A DNA stretch of 64,000 bases from Bacilli bacterium (GTDB lineage: Bacteria > Bacillota_I > Bacilli_A > RF39 > UBA660), in NCBI GenBank assembly GCA_017398945.1, contig JAFQES010000027.1, forward strand, positions 67,404 through 131,403, read 5' to 3'. The position numbers and the translations under genes are program-made. Below, one piece after another: positions 56,296 to 64,000 of the stretch. The notes below the pieces were generated by a model that saw only the letters and a program-made list of their open reading frames with translations, was not told the origin of the DNA and did no database searches. Within the stretch, counting starts at the first letter, position 1, and each line of letters opens with the position of its first letter.

Positions 56296-56835
56296 ATGAG
56301 TAATTTTAAGAAATTATATAATGAAGAAATAACTAAAAAATTAGCTGATGAATTTAAATATTCTTCTTCAATGGAAATTCCTAGACTTGAAAAAATAGTT
56401 GTTAATATGGGAGTTGGAGAAGGATCTAAAGATTCTAAGTTTATCGAAGCAGCTGTTAAAGATCTAGAACAAATCGTAGGTCAAAAACCGGTTGTAACAA
56501 AAGCTCGTAAATCAATCGCTAGCTTCAAACTTCGTGAAGGTCAACCAGTTGGAGTTAAAGTAACTTTAAGAAATGAAAATATGTATGTATTTTTAGAAAA
56601 ATTAATTAAAGTAGCTTTACCAAGAGTTAGAGACTTCCGTGGTGTATCAAAAACTGCTTTTGATGGCAAAGGAAATTATACTTTAGGTATTAAAGAACAA
56701 TTAATATTCCCAGAAATCGAATATGATAACGTTGTTAAAGTTCGCGGAATGGATATTGTATTTGTTACTTCTGCTAAAACAAATGAAGAAGCAGAAAGTT
56801 TATTAAGAGCATTTGGTATGCCTTTTAGAAATTAA
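56296..56835 (+). CDS. rplE: 50S ribosomal protein L5
   Basis: [14 protein letters not shown]...[16 protein letters not shown]. Confidence 0.96.
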   Translation: MSNFKKLYNEEITKKLADEFKYSSSMEIPRLEKIVVNMGVGEGSKDSKFIEAAVKDLEQIVGQKPVVTKARKSIASFKLREGQPVGVKVTLRNENMYVFLEKLIKVALPRVRDFRGVSKTAFDGKGNYTLGIKEQLIFPEIEYDNVVKVRGMDIVFVTSAKTNEEAESLLRAFGMPFRN

Positions 56836-56847
56836 GGAGGAAAACTT

Positions 56848-57033
56848 ATGGCAAAGAAAAGTATGGTTGTAAAAAACAAAAGAACTGCAAAGTTTAGCTC
56901 TAGAGAGTATACACGTTGTGAAAGATGTGGAAGACCTCATGGTGTATTAAGAAAATTTAAATTATGTCGTATTTGCTTTAGAGAATTAGCAAATAAAGGA
57001 CAAATCCCAGGCGTTAAGAAGTCTAGTTGGTAG
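56848..57033 (+). CDS. rpsN: 30S ribosomal protein S14, zinc-binding type Z
   Basis: 61 aa with CERCGRPHG...CRICFRE. Confidence 0.95.
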   Translation: MAKKSMVVKNKRTAKFSSREYTRCERCGRPHGVLRKFKLCRICFRELANKGQIPGVKKSSW

Positions 57034-57049
57034 AAAGGAGGAATTTTAA

Positions 57050-57448
57050 ATGTTTGTACAAGATAAAATAGCCGATATGTTAACTCGTATTCGTAATGCA
57101 AATCAAATGAGATATGCTACTGTTGAAGTAATTGGTACTAAAATGACTTTAGGGATTGCAGAAATCTTAAAAGAAGAAGGATATATCAGTGACTTTACTT
57201 ATGAAAAAAGCCTAAAAGGAGATAAATTAACTTTAAATCTTAAATATGGCGACAAAAAAGAAAGAGTTATTACTGGTCTTAAAAGAATTAGTAAATCTGG
57301 TTTAAGAGTTTATGTTAAAAGTGATGAAATTCCTCGTGTACTAAATGGACTAGGAATTGCAATAATTTCAACTTCTAAAGGTTTAATGACTGGTAAAAAA
57401 GCAAAAGAAGCTGGATTAGGAGGCGAAGTACTTGCCTATGTTTGGTAA
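57050..57448 (+). CDS. rpsH: 30S ribosomal protein S8
   Basis: [13 protein letters not shown]...GGEVLAYVW. Confidence 0.96.
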   Translation: MFVQDKIADMLTRIRNANQMRYATVEVIGTKMTLGIAEILKEEGYISDFTYEKSLKGDKLTLNLKYGDKKERVITGLKRISKSGLRVYVKSDEIPRVLNGLGIAIISTSKGLMTGKKAKEAGLGGEVLAYVW

Positions 57449-57457
57449 GGAAAGACT

Positions 57458-57997
57458 ATGAGTAGAATAGGAAATAGAAAATTAAGTATTCCTACTGGTG
57501 TAACTGCTTCTTTAAACGGAAACGTTTTAACAGTTAAAGGTGCCAAAGGAGAACTTACATTAACAGTTGATGAATTAATCGATGTTCAAATTTCAGAAAA
57601 CGAAATTGAAACAATCAGAAAAAATTCAAGTAAAAGAGCAAACGTTGTTCAAGGAACAACAAACTCTTTAATCAATAACATGCTAATTGGTGTATCTAAT
57701 GGATACGAAAAAGGATTAGAAGCTGTAGGTGTTGGATATCGTTTCAATGTAGCGGGAAACAAATTAACTATTAATGCTGGATATTCACATCCAGTAGTAA
57801 TGGAAGCACCTGCTGGAATCACTATCACAGGAGTTAGTAATACAGAAATTACAATTGCTGGTATTGATAAACAAAAAGTAACTGAATTTGCGGCTAAAGT
57901 TCGTGAAGTAAGAGAACCAGAACCATATAAAGGTAAAGGTATTCGTTACAAAGGTGAACATGTTCGTCGTAAAGAAGGTAAGAAAGCAGCTAAATAA
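57458..57997 (+). CDS. rplF: 50S ribosomal protein L6
   Basis: MSRIGNRKLSIP...PEPYKGKGIRYKGE. Confidence 0.96.
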   Translation: MSRIGNRKLSIPTGVTASLNGNVLTVKGAKGELTLTVDELIDVQISENEIETIRKNSSKRANVVQGTTNSLINNMLIGVSNGYEKGLEAVGVGYRFNVAGNKLTINAGYSHPVVMEAPAGITITGVSNTEITIAGIDKQKVTEFAAKVREVREPEPYKGKGIRYKGEHVRRKEGKKAAK

Positions 57998-58014
57998 GGT
58001 AAAGGAGAGTAAGT

Positions 58015-58371
58015 ATGATAAAGAAAGAATCAAGTAATGTTTCTCGTAAAAGAAGACATGTACGTGTACGTAATAAAATTTCTGGAACAAAAGAATGTCC
58101 AAGATTAAATGTATTTAGATCTAATAATGGAATCTTTGTTCAAGTTATCGATGATGAAGCTCAAAAAACCTTAGTTAGCTCTTCATCATTAGAATTAAAA
58201 ATTAAAAATGGTGGTAATATCGAAGGTGCTACATTAGTAGGAAAAGATATTGCTGAAAAATGTAAAAAAGCAAAAATAACAAAAGTTGTTTTTGATAGAG
58301 GTGGTTACCTTTACCATGGACGCGTTAAAGCTTTAGCTGAAGCGGCTCGCGAAAATGGATTGGAATTCTAG
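58015..58371 (+). CDS. rplR: 50S ribosomal protein L18
   Basis: [15 protein letters not shown]...[21 protein letters not shown]. Confidence 0.95.
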   Translation: MIKKESSNVSRKRRHVRVRNKISGTKECPRLNVFRSNNGIFVQVIDDEAQKTLVSSSSLELKIKNGGNIEGATLVGKDIAEKCKKAKITKVVFDRGGYLYHGRVKALAEAARENGLEF

Positions 58372-58382
58372 GAGGTCAAAAT

Positions 58383-58886
58383 ATGCCAAAACATAATGTA
58401 GATGCAAAGAAAAACTTATTAGAAGAAAAAGTTATCTCTATTGGTAGAGTAACAAAAGTTACTGCTGGTGGAAGACATTTCAGATTCTCTGCTACAGTTG
58501 CAGTTGGTAACCGCAAAGGTTTAGTAGGTATTGGAACTGGAAAAGCTAATGAAGTTCCAGAAGCTATTAAAAAAGCAATTCAAGCAGCAAATAAAAATAT
58601 TACAAAAGTTGCTTTAATTGACAATAGAACAATACCACATGAAGCTACTGGAAAAGTTGGTAGAGCACAAGTTTTAGTTAAACCAGCTAAAGAAGGTCGT
58701 GGAGTTATTGCTGGTGGAGCTGCCAGAGCAGTTATCGAATTAGCGGGTATTAAAGATATCGTTGCTAAATCACTAGGATCAAATACAAAAGTAAACGTTG
58801 CTAAGGCAACATTAGAAGCTTTAAAAGTTCAAAAAACTCAAGCTAAAGTTGCTGCTTTACGTGGTAAGAAAGTTGAGGAATTATAA
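58383..58886 (+). CDS. rpsE: 30S ribosomal protein S5
   Basis: [21 protein letters not shown]...[13 protein letters not shown]. Confidence 0.96.
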   Translation: MPKHNVDAKKNLLEEKVISIGRVTKVTAGGRHFRFSATVAVGNRKGLVGIGTGKANEVPEAIKKAIQAANKNITKVALIDNRTIPHEATGKVGRAQVLVKPAKEGRGVIAGGAARAVIELAGIKDIVAKSLGSNTKVNVAKATLEALKVQKTQAKVAALRGKKVEEL

Positions 58887-58888
58887 TT

Positions 58889-59332
58889 ATGAAGTTAGAA
58901 CAGTTACCAGCTTCTAAAGAAGCAAAAGCAAGAAAAAGAGTTGGTCGTGGACCAGGAAGTGGAATGGGTAAAACTTCAACTCGTGGAGAAAAAGGACAAC
59001 TTGCTAGAAGTGGCGGAGGAGTTCCTGCATGGTTCCAAGGTGGTCAATCTCCTTTATATAGAAGATTACCAAAAAGAGGTTTTAACAATAAGCGCTTCGA
59101 AACAAAATACGCAACAATTAATGTTGGTGAATTAAACAAATTATTTAATGACGGAGATGTTGTTACTCCTGAAGTTTTAAAAGAAAGAGGGATAGTTAAG
59201 AAACAACTAAGTGGTATTAAAGTTTTATCTACTGGTGTTATTGATAAAAAACTTACTATTAAAGCGCAAAGATTCTCATCTGCAGCTGTTAGTAAGATTG
59301 AAAATGCTGGTGGCAAAGCTGAGGTGATTTAG
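58889..59332 (+). CDS. rplO: 50S ribosomal protein L15
   Basis: [21 protein letters not shown]...[11 protein letters not shown]. Starts 2 nt after rpsE. Confidence 0.95.
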   Translation: MKLEQLPASKEAKARKRVGRGPGSGMGKTSTRGEKGQLARSGGGVPAWFQGGQSPLYRRLPKRGFNNKRFETKYATINVGELNKLFNDGDVVTPEVLKERGIVKKQLSGIKVLSTGVIDKKLTIKAQRFSSAAVSKIENAGGKAEVI

Positions 59333-60598
59333 ATGTTTAAGGGAATTTCCCAACTATTCAATAAAAATAATAAAGATTTAAGACAAAGAATATATTTTAC
59401 CTTATTCTGTTTAGGAATATTCTGCCTAGGAACAACAATAACAATTCCTTGGGCATCAAGAGTATATGAAGAATTAGGTTTCTTAGAAATATTTAACCTA
59501 ATGAGTGGTGGAGGACTTCGAAGCTTTTCAATATTTGCTTTAGGAGTTTCCCCTTACATCACTGCTTCAATTATTACTCAAATATTACAAATGGATATAA
59601 TTCCATATTTCAAAGAATTAAAAGATCAAGGATATGTAGGTAGACAAAAGATTAATAAGATTAATAGATATCTAGGAATCATAATTGCTTTTTTCCAAGC
59701 TTACATGCTAACTGTCTTTTATATGCAAAACGCAGATACAATGACAATGCTAAAAACTACATTAGTAATGACGGCTGGTACTGCATTCCTACTTTGGATG
59801 GGTGATCAGATCACTCAAAAAGGAATTGGTAATGGTCAATCATTATTAATAATGGCTGGTATCTTACAAAGTATGCCAACCATCTTCACGGGGGCCTATA
59901 CTACATTTATATCAGGAAGTGCCTTTAATGATATATTAGGTATTATCTTATTTGCAATCTTTATCTTAGTTTATATTTTAATTATTGTTGGAATAATCTG
60001 GATAACACTTGCTGAAAGAAGAATACCTATTCAATATGCTAATAGAACAACAAGCGCTTATGGTGGTACTCAAAATTACCTACCAATTAAAATAAACGCT
60101 GCTGGAGTTATGCCAGTAATCTTTGCTTCAATCATTACTTCTGTACCAGCAACAATTGTTGCCGCCATCGGAAATGATAAAGCAATAGATTTTGTTAATA
60201 AATACATTATATCAACATCAAATACTGGTTTTGTTCTATACTTAGTATTAATTATTTTATTTGGTTACTTATACACATTTATAAGTATGAATCCTGATGA
60301 AATGAGTAAAAACTTAAACGAACGCGGAGGATATATTCCTGGTGTAAGACCTGGAGTAGAAACTTCAAAATATATAAGCGATTCATTAGGAAAACTAACA
60401 ATCGTAGGATCAATATTCTTAGTAATATTAGCCGGACTTCCAATTTTAGTTTCAAAAGTTACTAACTTACCAAATTCAGTAACAATTGGAGGAACAGGAA
60501 TCCTAATCGTTGTTGGAGTTGCTATTGAAACTTATAAACAAATCGAAAGTGGTTTAATAAGTAGAAGCTATGCTTCAAAAAGAAAGAGGCTAAGATGA
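59333..60598 (+). CDS. secY: Preprotein translocase subunit SecY
   Basis: 10 TM segments. SIFALGVSPYITASII and QKGIGNGQSLLI. Confidence 0.96.
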   Translation: MFKGISQLFNKNNKDLRQRIYFTLFCLGIFCLGTTITIPWASRVYEELGFLEIFNLMSGGGLRSFSIFALGVSPYITASIITQILQMDIIPYFKELKDQGYVGRQKINKINRYLGIIIAFFQAYMLTVFYMQNADTMTMLKTTLVMTAGTAFLLWMGDQITQKGIGNGQSLLIMAGILQSMPTIFTGAYTTFISGSAFNDILGIILFAIFILVYILIIVGIIWITLAERRIPIQYANRTTSAYGGTQNYLPIKINAAGVMPVIFASIITSVPATIVAAIGNDKAIDFVNKYIISTSNTGFVLYLVLIILFGYLYTFISMNPDEMSKNLNERGGYIPGVRPGVETSKYISDSLGKLTIVGSIFLVILAGLPILVSKVTNLPNSVTIGGTGILIVVGVAIETYKQIESGLISRSYASKRKRLR

Positions 60599-61251
60599 CA
60601 AATTTAATATTTTTAGCACCGCCTGCTGCGGGGAAAGGAACTCAAAGTAAAAGATTAGTTGAAAAATATGGTTATGTTCATATCTCAACTGGTGATTTAC
60701 TAAGAGCTGGTCGTAACGACGGAACCGAAAGAGCTAAAAGAATAATTGATGCTCAAGATTCTGGCGGATTAGTACCAGATGATATAGTTGATGAACTATT
60801 AAAAGAAAGATTACAACAAGATGATTGTCAAAAAGGATTTATTCTAGATGGTTATCCAAGAAACGCAAAACAATTTGAGACATTAAAAGGAATTTTTAAT
60901 GAATTAAATATAACAGATTACTTAGCAATTTATTTTGATATTTCAATGCAAGAAGCAATGGAAAGAACTTTAGGTAGACAAAATTGTCCAAAGTGTAAAA
61001 GAGATTACAACAAATTCTATGGCCCAATGATGCCTAAAGAAGATGGAATTTGTGATGATTGTAATGAAGCGTTAGTAACTAGAAGTGATGATAACGAAGA
61101 AACATTTAAAGTACGTTTTCAAACTTACTTAAATAATATCGAACCATTATTAAAAGGTTACGAAGCAGAAAATCATTTAGTAAAAGTAGATGCTAATAGA
61201 GAATCTATCTTAGTATTCGAAGATATTGATAAAATAATAAACGAGGGATAA
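60595..61251 (+). CDS. adk: Adenylate kinase (zinc-lid type)
   Basis: P-loop APPAAGKGTQ and lid Cys pairs CPKC...CDDC. Confidence 0.95.
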   Translation: MTNLIFLAPPAAGKGTQSKRLVEKYGYVHISTGDLLRAGRNDGTERAKRIIDAQDSGGLVPDDIVDELLKERLQQDDCQKGFILDGYPRNAKQFETLKGIFNELNITDYLAIYFDISMQEAMERTLGRQNCPKCKRDYNKFYGPMMPKEDGICDDCNEALVTRSDDNEETFKVRFQTYLNNIEPLLKGYEAENHLVKVDANRESILVFEDIDKIINEG

Positions 61252-61252
61252 A

Positions 61253-62002
61253 ATGATAAGCATTAAAAGTGAACGTGAAATTGACTTAATGAGACATGCC
61301 GGTCACATAAATTATTTAACTCATGAAGAGATAAAAAAGCATGTTAAAGCTGGAATAACTACGAAAGAGTTAGATAAGATTGCTTATGATTTTATAACTA
61401 AAAACGATTGTGTTCCATCATTTTTAAATTATGAAGGGTATCCCGCTTCTATTTGTACATCAATTAATGATGAAGTAGTTCACGGGATTCCCGGTAACAC
61501 AAAACTTAAAAATGGTGATATAATATCTATAGATGTTGGTGTAGCTTATAAGAATTATCATTCGGATGCTGCAAGAACATACATTATTGGGGAAGTCGAT
61601 AATAAAATAAAAAAACTAGTGGAAAAAACTGAAGAATCTTTATATGAAGGCTTGAAAGTTATAAAAGCTGGTGCTAAAATAGGCGATATTGGAGCTGCTA
61701 TTAGCGAAGTTGCTCATCAAAATGGTCTAAGTGTTGTAAGAGAATTGGTCGGTCATGGTGTTGGAATAAGTATTCATGAGGATCCTGATGTTCCAAACTT
61801 TGGCAAGAAAAATACTGGACTAGTTTTGAAAGCAGGAATGACAATTGCGGTTGAACCAATGCTTAATTTAGGCGAAAGATATGTTTATATGGAAGATGAT
61901 GATTGGACAATAAAAACCGATGATGGTAGTCCATCCGCTCACTTCGAACACACTGTACTGGTTACAGATACCGGATACGAAATTTTAACAGGAGAAAAAT
62001 AA
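61253..62002 (+). CDS. map: Methionine aminopeptidase type I
   Basis: VHGIPG, ISIDVGV, HSDAART, VGHGVG, AVEPM, FEHTV metal-ligand blocks. Confidence 0.95.
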   Translation: MISIKSEREIDLMRHAGHINYLTHEEIKKHVKAGITTKELDKIAYDFITKNDCVPSFLNYEGYPASICTSINDEVVHGIPGNTKLKNGDIISIDVGVAYKNYHSDAARTYIIGEVDNKIKKLVEKTEESLYEGLKVIKAGAKIGDIGAAISEVAHQNGLSVVRELVGHGVGISIHEDPDVPNFGKKNTGLVLKAGMTIAVEPMLNLGERYVYMEDDDWTIKTDDGSPSAHFEHTVLVTDTGYEILTGEK

Positions 62003-62003
62003 A

Positions 62004-62249
62004 ATGGCGAAAAAAAATGATATGAATAAGAAATCTAAGGAAGAGAAAATTGAATTAGAAGGAAAGGTAGTCGAAGTTCTAAAAGGCAGCGATTATCTAG
62101 TTAAGCTATCAAATGGATTTACTGTAACAGCCTACGTTTCTGGTAAAATGCGAGTTAACATGATTCGTATTCTACCAGGTGATACAGTTACTGTAGAATT
62201 ATCGCCTTATGACTTAACACGTGGGCGCATAACATGGAATAAAAGATAA
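62004..62249 (+). CDS. infA: Translation initiation factor IF-1
   Basis: S1-like OB fold [20 protein letters not shown]...[14 protein letters not shown]. Confidence 0.93.
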   Translation: MAKKNDMNKKSKEEKIELEGKVVEVLKGSDYLVKLSNGFTVTAYVSGKMRVNMIRILPGDTVTVELSPYDLTRGRITWNKR

Positions 62250-62264
62250 TGGAGGAATTAATTT

Positions 62265-62378
62265 ATGAAAGTTAGACCATCTGTAAAAAAAATATGCAAA
62301 AAATGCAAAATTATAAGAAGAAAAGGAAAAGTAATGGTTATTTGTGAAAATCCAAAACACAAACAAACCCAAGGTTAA
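62265..62378 (+). CDS. rpmJ: 50S ribosomal protein L36
   Basis: Not in the ORF track (37 aa). My own translation is [39 protein letters not shown] ggagg lies 6 nt upstream. Confidence 0.93.
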   Translation: MKVRPSVKKICKKCKIIRRKGKVMVICENPKHKQTQG

Positions 62379-62390
62379 TAGGAGGTAAAA

Positions 62391-62765
62391 ATGGCACGTA
62401 TTAAAAATATCGAATTACCAGGTGAAAAACATACTGTTATTGGATTAACAGCTATTTATGGAATTGGTAGAAATTTAGCTAAAACTATCTGTGAAAGAGC
62501 AGGAGTTGAAACTACTAAGAAAATTAAAGATTTAACTGATGAAGAAATAGCAAAATTAAGAAAAGAAATTGATAACGAAACTACTGAAGGGGATTTACGT
62601 CGTGAAATCCAAATGAATATCAAAAATAAAATGGAAATCAATTGTTATCAAGGTGTTAGACACAAAAAAGGTTTACCAGTAAGGGGACAAAGAACTAATC
62701 GTAATGCCCATACACGTAAAGGTAGAGGTAAAGTTGTAGCTAACAAGAAAAAAGTAGGAAAGTAG
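62391..62765 (+). CDS. rpsM: 30S ribosomal protein S13
   Basis: [26 protein letters not shown]. Confidence 0.96.
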   Translation: MARIKNIELPGEKHTVIGLTAIYGIGRNLAKTICERAGVETTKKIKDLTDEEIAKLRKEIDNETTEGDLRREIQMNIKNKMEINCYQGVRHKKGLPVRGQRTNRNAHTRKGRGKVVANKKKVGK

Positions 62766-62773
62766 GTTAAATT

Positions 62774-63157
62774 ATGGCTTATAATAGAAGAAAAAGAAAA
62801 ATTAAAAAGAATATTCCTGAAGCACAAGCTCATATTCATTCTACTTATAATAATACTATTGTTACCATAACTGATAAACAAGGTAATGTTATTGCTTGGG
62901 CATCTTCTGGAACTATTGGTTATAAAGGAAGTAAGAAAAAAACACCATTTGCTGCTGGTATAAGTGCAGAAGCTGCTGCTAAAGCTGCTATGGAACAAGG
63001 TGTTGTAAAAGTAGACGTTTTTGTTAGAGGATTAGGAGCAGGAAGAGAAACTGCTATCAGATCTTTACAAACTGCTGGATTAGAAATCACAAGTATTGTT
63101 GATGAAACTCCAGTACCACACAATGGATGCCGTCCACCAAAACGTCCAAGAAATTAA
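62774..63157 (+). CDS. rpsK: 30S ribosomal protein S11
   Basis: [16 protein letters not shown]...[15 protein letters not shown]. Confidence 0.96.
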   Translation: MAYNRRKRKIKKNIPEAQAHIHSTYNNTIVTITDKQGNVIAWASSGTIGYKGSKKKTPFAAGISAEAAAKAAMEQGVVKVDVFVRGLGAGRETAIRSLQTAGLEITSIVDETPVPHNGCRPPKRPRN

Positions 63158-63174
63158 TTGAAAGAGGGTTAAAT

Positions 63175-64000
63175 ATGATAAGCTTTGAAAAACCAGAATA
63201 TAAAATTACAGAAAGCAATGAAAGTACACATTATGGTCAATTTGAATTAGAACCACTAGAAAGAGGATTTGGTACAACTATCGGAAATGCTCTAAGAAGA
63301 GTAATGTTATCAAGCTTACCAGGTTCAGCTGTAGTTTCTATTAAAATTGATGGTGTATTACATGAATTCCAAAAAATTGATGGAGTAAAAGAAGACGTTA
63401 CTAGTATCGTTTTAGCTGTTAAAGGATTAGTTTTTAAAAATCATTCTGATGAAGTTAAAACTTTACGTTTAACTGCATCAACTGAAGGTGTTGTTACTGC
63501 TGCTGATATCGAAAAAGATGCTGATATCGAAGTTATTAATCCTGATCATGTAATTTGTACACTAGTTAAAGGTGGAAAAATTGATATGGAACTTACTATA
63601 TCTAATGGTCGTGGATATGTAGACGCTAAAACTAACCAAAAATTATTTGCTGAAAATAAAGTTGGTGTTATTGCAGTTGATTCGTCTTATTCTCCAATTG
63701 AATTGGTTAAATACGATGTAGAAGATACACGTGTTGGACAAGATGAAAGTTATGATAAATTAATCATGCAAATTCATACAAATGGAAGTATAACTCCACA
63801 AGAAGCTATGGCTTTATCAGCTAAAATTTTAATTGAACATTTCAATATAGTTGCTGATTTAAATGCTATTAGTAATCTATCTGGATTAATGGCTGAAAAG
63901 AAAGTAGATACAATTACTAAAACCCTTGAAACTTCAATTGAAGAAATCGAATTTTCAGTTAGAGCTTACAATTGCTTAAAAAGAGCTGGTATTCATACAG
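63175..64000 (+). CDS. rpoA: DNA-directed RNA polymerase alpha subunit, 3' end outside the window
   Basis: Not in the track because there is no stop inside the window. My own translation is MISFEKPEYKI...LERGFGTTIGNALRRVMLSSLPG...FSVRAYNCLKRAGIHT. Confidence 0.93.
   Translation, partial: MISFEKPEYKITESNESTHYGQFELEPLERGFGTTIGNALRRVMLSSLPGSAVVSIKIDGVLHEFQKIDGVKEDVTSIVLAVKGLVFKNHSDEVKTLRLTASTEGVVTAADIEKDADIEVINPDHVICTLVKGGKIDMELTISNGRGYVDAKTNQKLFAENKVGVIAVDSSYSPIELVKYDVEDTRVGQDESYDKLIMQIHTNGSITPQEAMALSAKILIEHFNIVADLNAISNLSGLMAEKKVDTITKTLETSIEEIEFSVRAYNCLKRAGIHT

Noticed and set aside
3135-63123. About 35 short track ORFs (60-156 aa) lie antisense or out of frame inside larger conserved genes. 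Examples: 3135..3338, 5536..5760, 8247..8480, 10374..10643, 10917..11144, 18138..18338, 25297..25593, 43409..43720, 49220..49690, 53687..53971, 57785..58102, 58941..59135, 59044..59316, 62648..62998.
   Set aside because: Each lies wholly within a gene with unmistakable conserved motifs on the other strand or frame. Their products are low-complexity (F/L/I/S-rich), as expected from reading AT-rich coding DNA antisense, and none has an SD.

Overview
AT-rich chromosomal segment from an endospore-forming Firmicute (spo0A, spoIIR and gerQ present). The standard genetic code applies: TGG encodes Trp, and TAA, TAG and TGA are all used as stops. Almost everything is on the + strand. Left third: two unknown helical proteins, argS, rpoE, prfA-prmC, spoIIR, mntP, murA, and a compact type VII secretion locus (essC, esaB/yukD-like, two WXG100 genes). 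These are followed by tetR, a ttcA-like gene, gerQ, a yitT-family gene, ftsEX plus an M23 peptidase, whiA, clpP and a TGS/uridine-kinase-like gene. Right third: a LOG-family gene, a HEAT-repeat/methyltransferase fusion, a CYTH-domain gene, then the S10-spc-alpha ribosomal cluster (rpsJ through rpoA, with secY, adk, map, infA and rpmJ). The standout is in the middle. The glycolytic operon gap-pgk-tpiA-gpmI is split between gap and pgk by a 16.8 kb tandem array (26057-42842) of 18 same-strand paralogs. Each is about 280-316 codons and carries the same ordered motif set: Y-x-[FY]-TNE, VLSSGD[HQ]xFN, DTFDxNRLTEY[YF]ALGFKK[RT]AIExL, EYKxFW, YD[FL]IxLSNIL, NLNxxGE. The proteins look cytoplasmic and enzyme-like. 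From memory, the motif order resembles the DUF3419/BtaA type of SAM-binding Rossmann proteins, but I could not run a search to confirm this. Four copies are damaged: one nonsense codon, one A7-tract frameshift at the 5' end, one heavily decayed duplicate, and one single-base deletion. The array is punctuated by a terminator-promoter cassette that recurs three times. spo0A also sits inside the glycolytic operon, between tpiA and gpmI. I found no rRNA, tRNA, CRISPR, transposase or integrase. All product names come from motif recognition by eye; no database search was possible.
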